DNA of 63,433 nucleotides, the filler included, from an uncultured bacterium (GTDB lineage: Bacteria; Latescibacterota; UBA2968), in assembly GCA_964471275.1 (NCBI GenBank). It is 4 parts of 4 records of this genome, joined end to end, with 100 filler letters (N's around TTAATTAATTAA, not from the genome) between each part and the next. Parts side by side here need not be neighbours in the genome. Positions count along the whole stretch, not along the records: positions 52,219 to 63,433 come from CAYYGZ010000157.1; 3 more parts are not named here. One strand, 5' to 3'. A program made the position numbers and the translations under genes. This document shows positions 60,993 to 63,433 of the stretch, one piece after another. How positions within the stretch are numbered: the first letter of the stretch is position 1; every line of letters begins with the position of its first letter. The notes beneath the pieces are model-generated. The model saw only the letters and a list, made by a program, of their open reading frames with translations, had not been told where the DNA came from and did no database searches.

Positions 60993-61838
60993 CTATAGTG
61001 CGTCCAGAATCCTGCGAAGTTGCCGTACTCCTTCAAGCATGAGCTTGGGAGACCCCCAATGCTCTATGCTCGCGCACCCCGTGTAGCCATCGGCGAGCAA
61101 GGCACGGATCACATCCGAATAGGCGCCATCTTCCGTCCCTAGAATCGGAAAGATCTCTTTGTCTTTGTTCGGCTTGACGTGAAGGTGTGTCACACGCCCC
61201 CGCAGACACGCATAACCTTCCGGCAGGTGGCGCTCTCCGCACTCGATGCCGTTAACGACGTCCCAACAAAACGTGAACCCATCCGGGCTGCCTGTCTCCT
61301 GGTCGATTGCATCGGCCACACGTTTGGCCTCGTCACACGAACCCGCGATTGTCGCGCCTTCGTTCTCGAGCGAGAGCGTAACCCCTTCGGAACTGGCCGT
61401 CCTGACAATCGGAGCCAAAAACGCAACAATCGTGTCCAGATACCGATCCAGATCAGGACGATGCTTGTTCAAATTATACCGTTTGAGACCATCATCCTTT
61501 ATTCTTGGATTCCAGAGTGCGAACCCCCGGATGATTTTGGTATCGAAAGCGTGCGCCAATTCGACCATACGATCGAACATCCGATGGTGTTCATCCTTCT
61601 CCGCGGTATCCGCGTGATCACACTTTCCCACAGGTGACCCGACGGAGCAGACTCTTACACCGTGCTTGGCCAACACGTCCTGAACGCGCTTCACATCATC
61701 GTCGTCGATCTGCTGGACGCGCTTGCCCCAGATTCCACCGCGCAATTCGACACCCGTTGCGCCCGCTTCGACGCCAAGCCGAACAGCCTCGTCGAAGTCC
61801 TCTCTGCTTACCTCATCCGCGAAATATGCGAGCTCCAT
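60993..61838 (-). CDS. sugar phosphate isomerase/epimerase
   Basis: FADEV, VELRG, GSPVGK, LENE, HLHVK. Confidence 0.88.
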   Translation of the reverse strand: MELAYFADEVSREDFDEAVRLGVEAGATGVELRGGIWGKRVQQIDDDDVKRVQDVLAKHGVRVCSVGSPVGKCDHADTAEKDEHHRMFDRMVELAHAFDTKIIRGFALWNPRIKDDGLKRYNLNKHRPDLDRYLDTIVAFLAPIVRTASSEGVTLSLENEGATIAGSCDEAKRVADAIDQETGSPDGFTFCWDVVNGIECGERHLPEGYACLRGRVTHLHVKPNKDKEIFPILGTEDGAYSDVIRALLADGYTGCASIEHWGSPKLMLEGVRQLRRILDAL

Positions 61839-61917
61839 TCCTTGCCTCCTGATGGGTCGTTGTCTAAGCGTGTAAGGTATCGCTTGGGCAACACGTGTCA
61901 AGCTGCAGGCGGGTTTC

Positions 61918-61946
61918 TTGACACCTCAATTGACGCGATCTATACT
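61918..61946 (+). promoter_or_regulatory. sigma70 promoter
   Basis: TTGACA-17nt-TATACT upstream of an AAGGAGG RBS. Confidence 0.75.
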
Positions 61947-61967
61947 AGGCGCCATCAAGGAGGGAAC

Positions 61968-63251
61968 ATGTCAACGCGACCTAACATCGTCGTAATCACG
62001 TGCCACGATACCGGCCGCCATTTTGGCTGTTACGGTATAGAGACGGTGCACACACCGGCCATCGACGCACTCGCGGCGGACGGCCATCTCTTCACCACCT
62101 ATTTTACAGCGAGTCCGGTCTGCAGCCCCAGTCGTGGGGCTATGTTGACAGGTCGCTACCCACAATCGAACGGATTGATCGGCCTGACCCATTCGCCCTG
62201 GGATTGGTCGTTCAATGAAGGAGAGCGACACCTGTCACGCGTTCTTCGGGACTCGGGCTATCGCACGGGACTGTTTGGCCTGCAGCACGAAGATGGAGAC
62301 ACCGACAACCTGGGATTTATTGAATCACGCGCCCAACGGGGTCCGGATGGTCGCCGTGCCACGGCGCTTGATGTGGCCGACGCCTTTGCGGACTTCTGCA
62401 AGACTGATGGGGCCGAGAAGACACCCTTTTACGCACAGATCGGTTTCTTCGAAACGCACCGGCCGCACGAGTTCGGTGAAGTCGAACCGGATGCCAGCAA
62501 GGGCGTCTACATCCCACCATACCTGCTCGACGACCAGACTGCCCGGCGTGAAATGGCGGTACAGCAGGGGGCTTGTAGAAGGGTCGATGAGGCGGTGAAG
62601 GTCATTTCCGATGCACTTGACGGGGCGGGACTGACCGAGGACACGATCTTCATCTTCACCGTTGACCACGGGATCGAGTTCCCGCGAGCCAAATGGTTCT
62701 GTTACGACCCCGGCATCGAAGTTGCCTTGATCGTGCGCTGGCCGAACGGAGGCATATCGGGTGGGGCAAAACGCGACCGACTGCTCAGCAACGTCGATCT
62801 CTTCCCGACGGTCCTGGATCTCGCCGGTATCTCGATCCCGGAGAATGTGGAAGGTCTCAGCTTTTCGGACTATCTGGTCGATGACACGGCAGAGCCAAAA
62901 CGAGATGCTGTATTCTCCGTCTTCCAAGGGAAAGACATCCGCAGTGTTCGCACGGATCGCTACAAACTGATCCGCAATTTCGAGCCTCGCCGCCTGATCC
63001 CTGTCCCCGTCGATATGACGCACAAACCTGCAGGGAGGGAAAAATGTCCGGTGGTGCAGTTGTTCGATCTGGTGAGAGATCCGCTTGAATTCGACAACGT
63101 CGCCGAAGATCCTGCTTATGCCGATATCCGAAAGGATTTGAACGATCGTCTGTGGAAATGGATGGAATCGGTAGGCGATCCTTCTCTCAAAGGCCCTCTT
63201 CCTTCGCCTTACTACAAGGAAGCCATCGCGGAGTATCACGCACGCCAATAG
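61968..63251 (+). CDS. Cys-type sulfatase (sulfamidase-like)
   Basis: PNIVVITCHD, CSPSRGAMLTGRYP, TVDHG, RAKW. Confidence 0.95.
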   Translation: MSTRPNIVVITCHDTGRHFGCYGIETVHTPAIDALAADGHLFTTYFTASPVCSPSRGAMLTGRYPQSNGLIGLTHSPWDWSFNEGERHLSRVLRDSGYRTGLFGLQHEDGDTDNLGFIESRAQRGPDGRRATALDVADAFADFCKTDGAEKTPFYAQIGFFETHRPHEFGEVEPDASKGVYIPPYLLDDQTARREMAVQQGACRRVDEAVKVISDALDGAGLTEDTIFIFTVDHGIEFPRAKWFCYDPGIEVALIVRWPNGGISGGAKRDRLLSNVDLFPTVLDLAGISIPENVEGLSFSDYLVDDTAEPKRDAVFSVFQGKDIRSVRTDRYKLIRNFEPRRLIPVPVDMTHKPAGREKCPVVQLFDLVRDPLEFDNVAEDPAYADIRKDLNDRLWKWMESVGDPSLKGPLPSPYYKEAIAEYHARQ

Positions 63252-63270
63252 CAATACCAAGGATTGAAAC

Positions 63271-63399
63271 ATGCCCAAGAAAAAAGTCAACCTGGTGCTA
63301 ATCGGCTGTGGCGGCATCGTGGTGCACACTTCACTCAAACCCGCTGTCATGCTTCTGGCGGCCTTACGACGCCAGTTCCCGTTACCCCCCGGGACTTGA
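63271..63399 (+). pseudogene. Gfo/Idh/MocA N-terminal stub
   Basis: MPKKKVNLVLIGCGGI Rossmann start, then loss of similarity and an early stop. Confidence 0.45.
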
Positions 63400-63433
63400 G
63401 TTCCTCCCACCAATCAGGGGAAGAGATCACTTT

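Overview
GC-rich bacterial draft sequence, probably a MAG or SAG. The paired EF-hand/dockerin-like DFDGxGxVxFxDFL modules, GWxTD and DUF6785-like proteins, sulfatases and Gfo/Idh/MocA enzymes suggest a Latescibacterota/Handelsmanbacteria-like organism, but this is inference. The window is four contigs joined by artificial N-TTAATTAATTAA-N spacers (17315-17414, 34721-34820, 52119-52218), so synteny across those points is meaningless. Recognisable genes: purA, moaA, a siroheme sulfite/nitrite reductase with a HEPN-like tail plus an unknown partner and a ferredoxin, a divergent transketolase-like enzyme, an orphan fliG, pheS-pheT, uup, an NCS2 permease, aldehyde:ferredoxin oxidoreductase, uppP, NhaC, glgP and a sulfatase. 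About a dozen genes are disrupted. Best leads: (1) a complete Phe-specifier T-box riboswitch upstream of an archaeal/eukaryote-type PheRS operon; (2) an unannotated ~245-nt multi-stem candidate ncRNA at 47457-47702; (3) a voltage-gated K+ channel fused to a SnoaL/NTF2-like domain; (4) the SiR-HEPN + unknown protein + ferredoxin module. No CRISPR array, rRNA or tRNA was seen.
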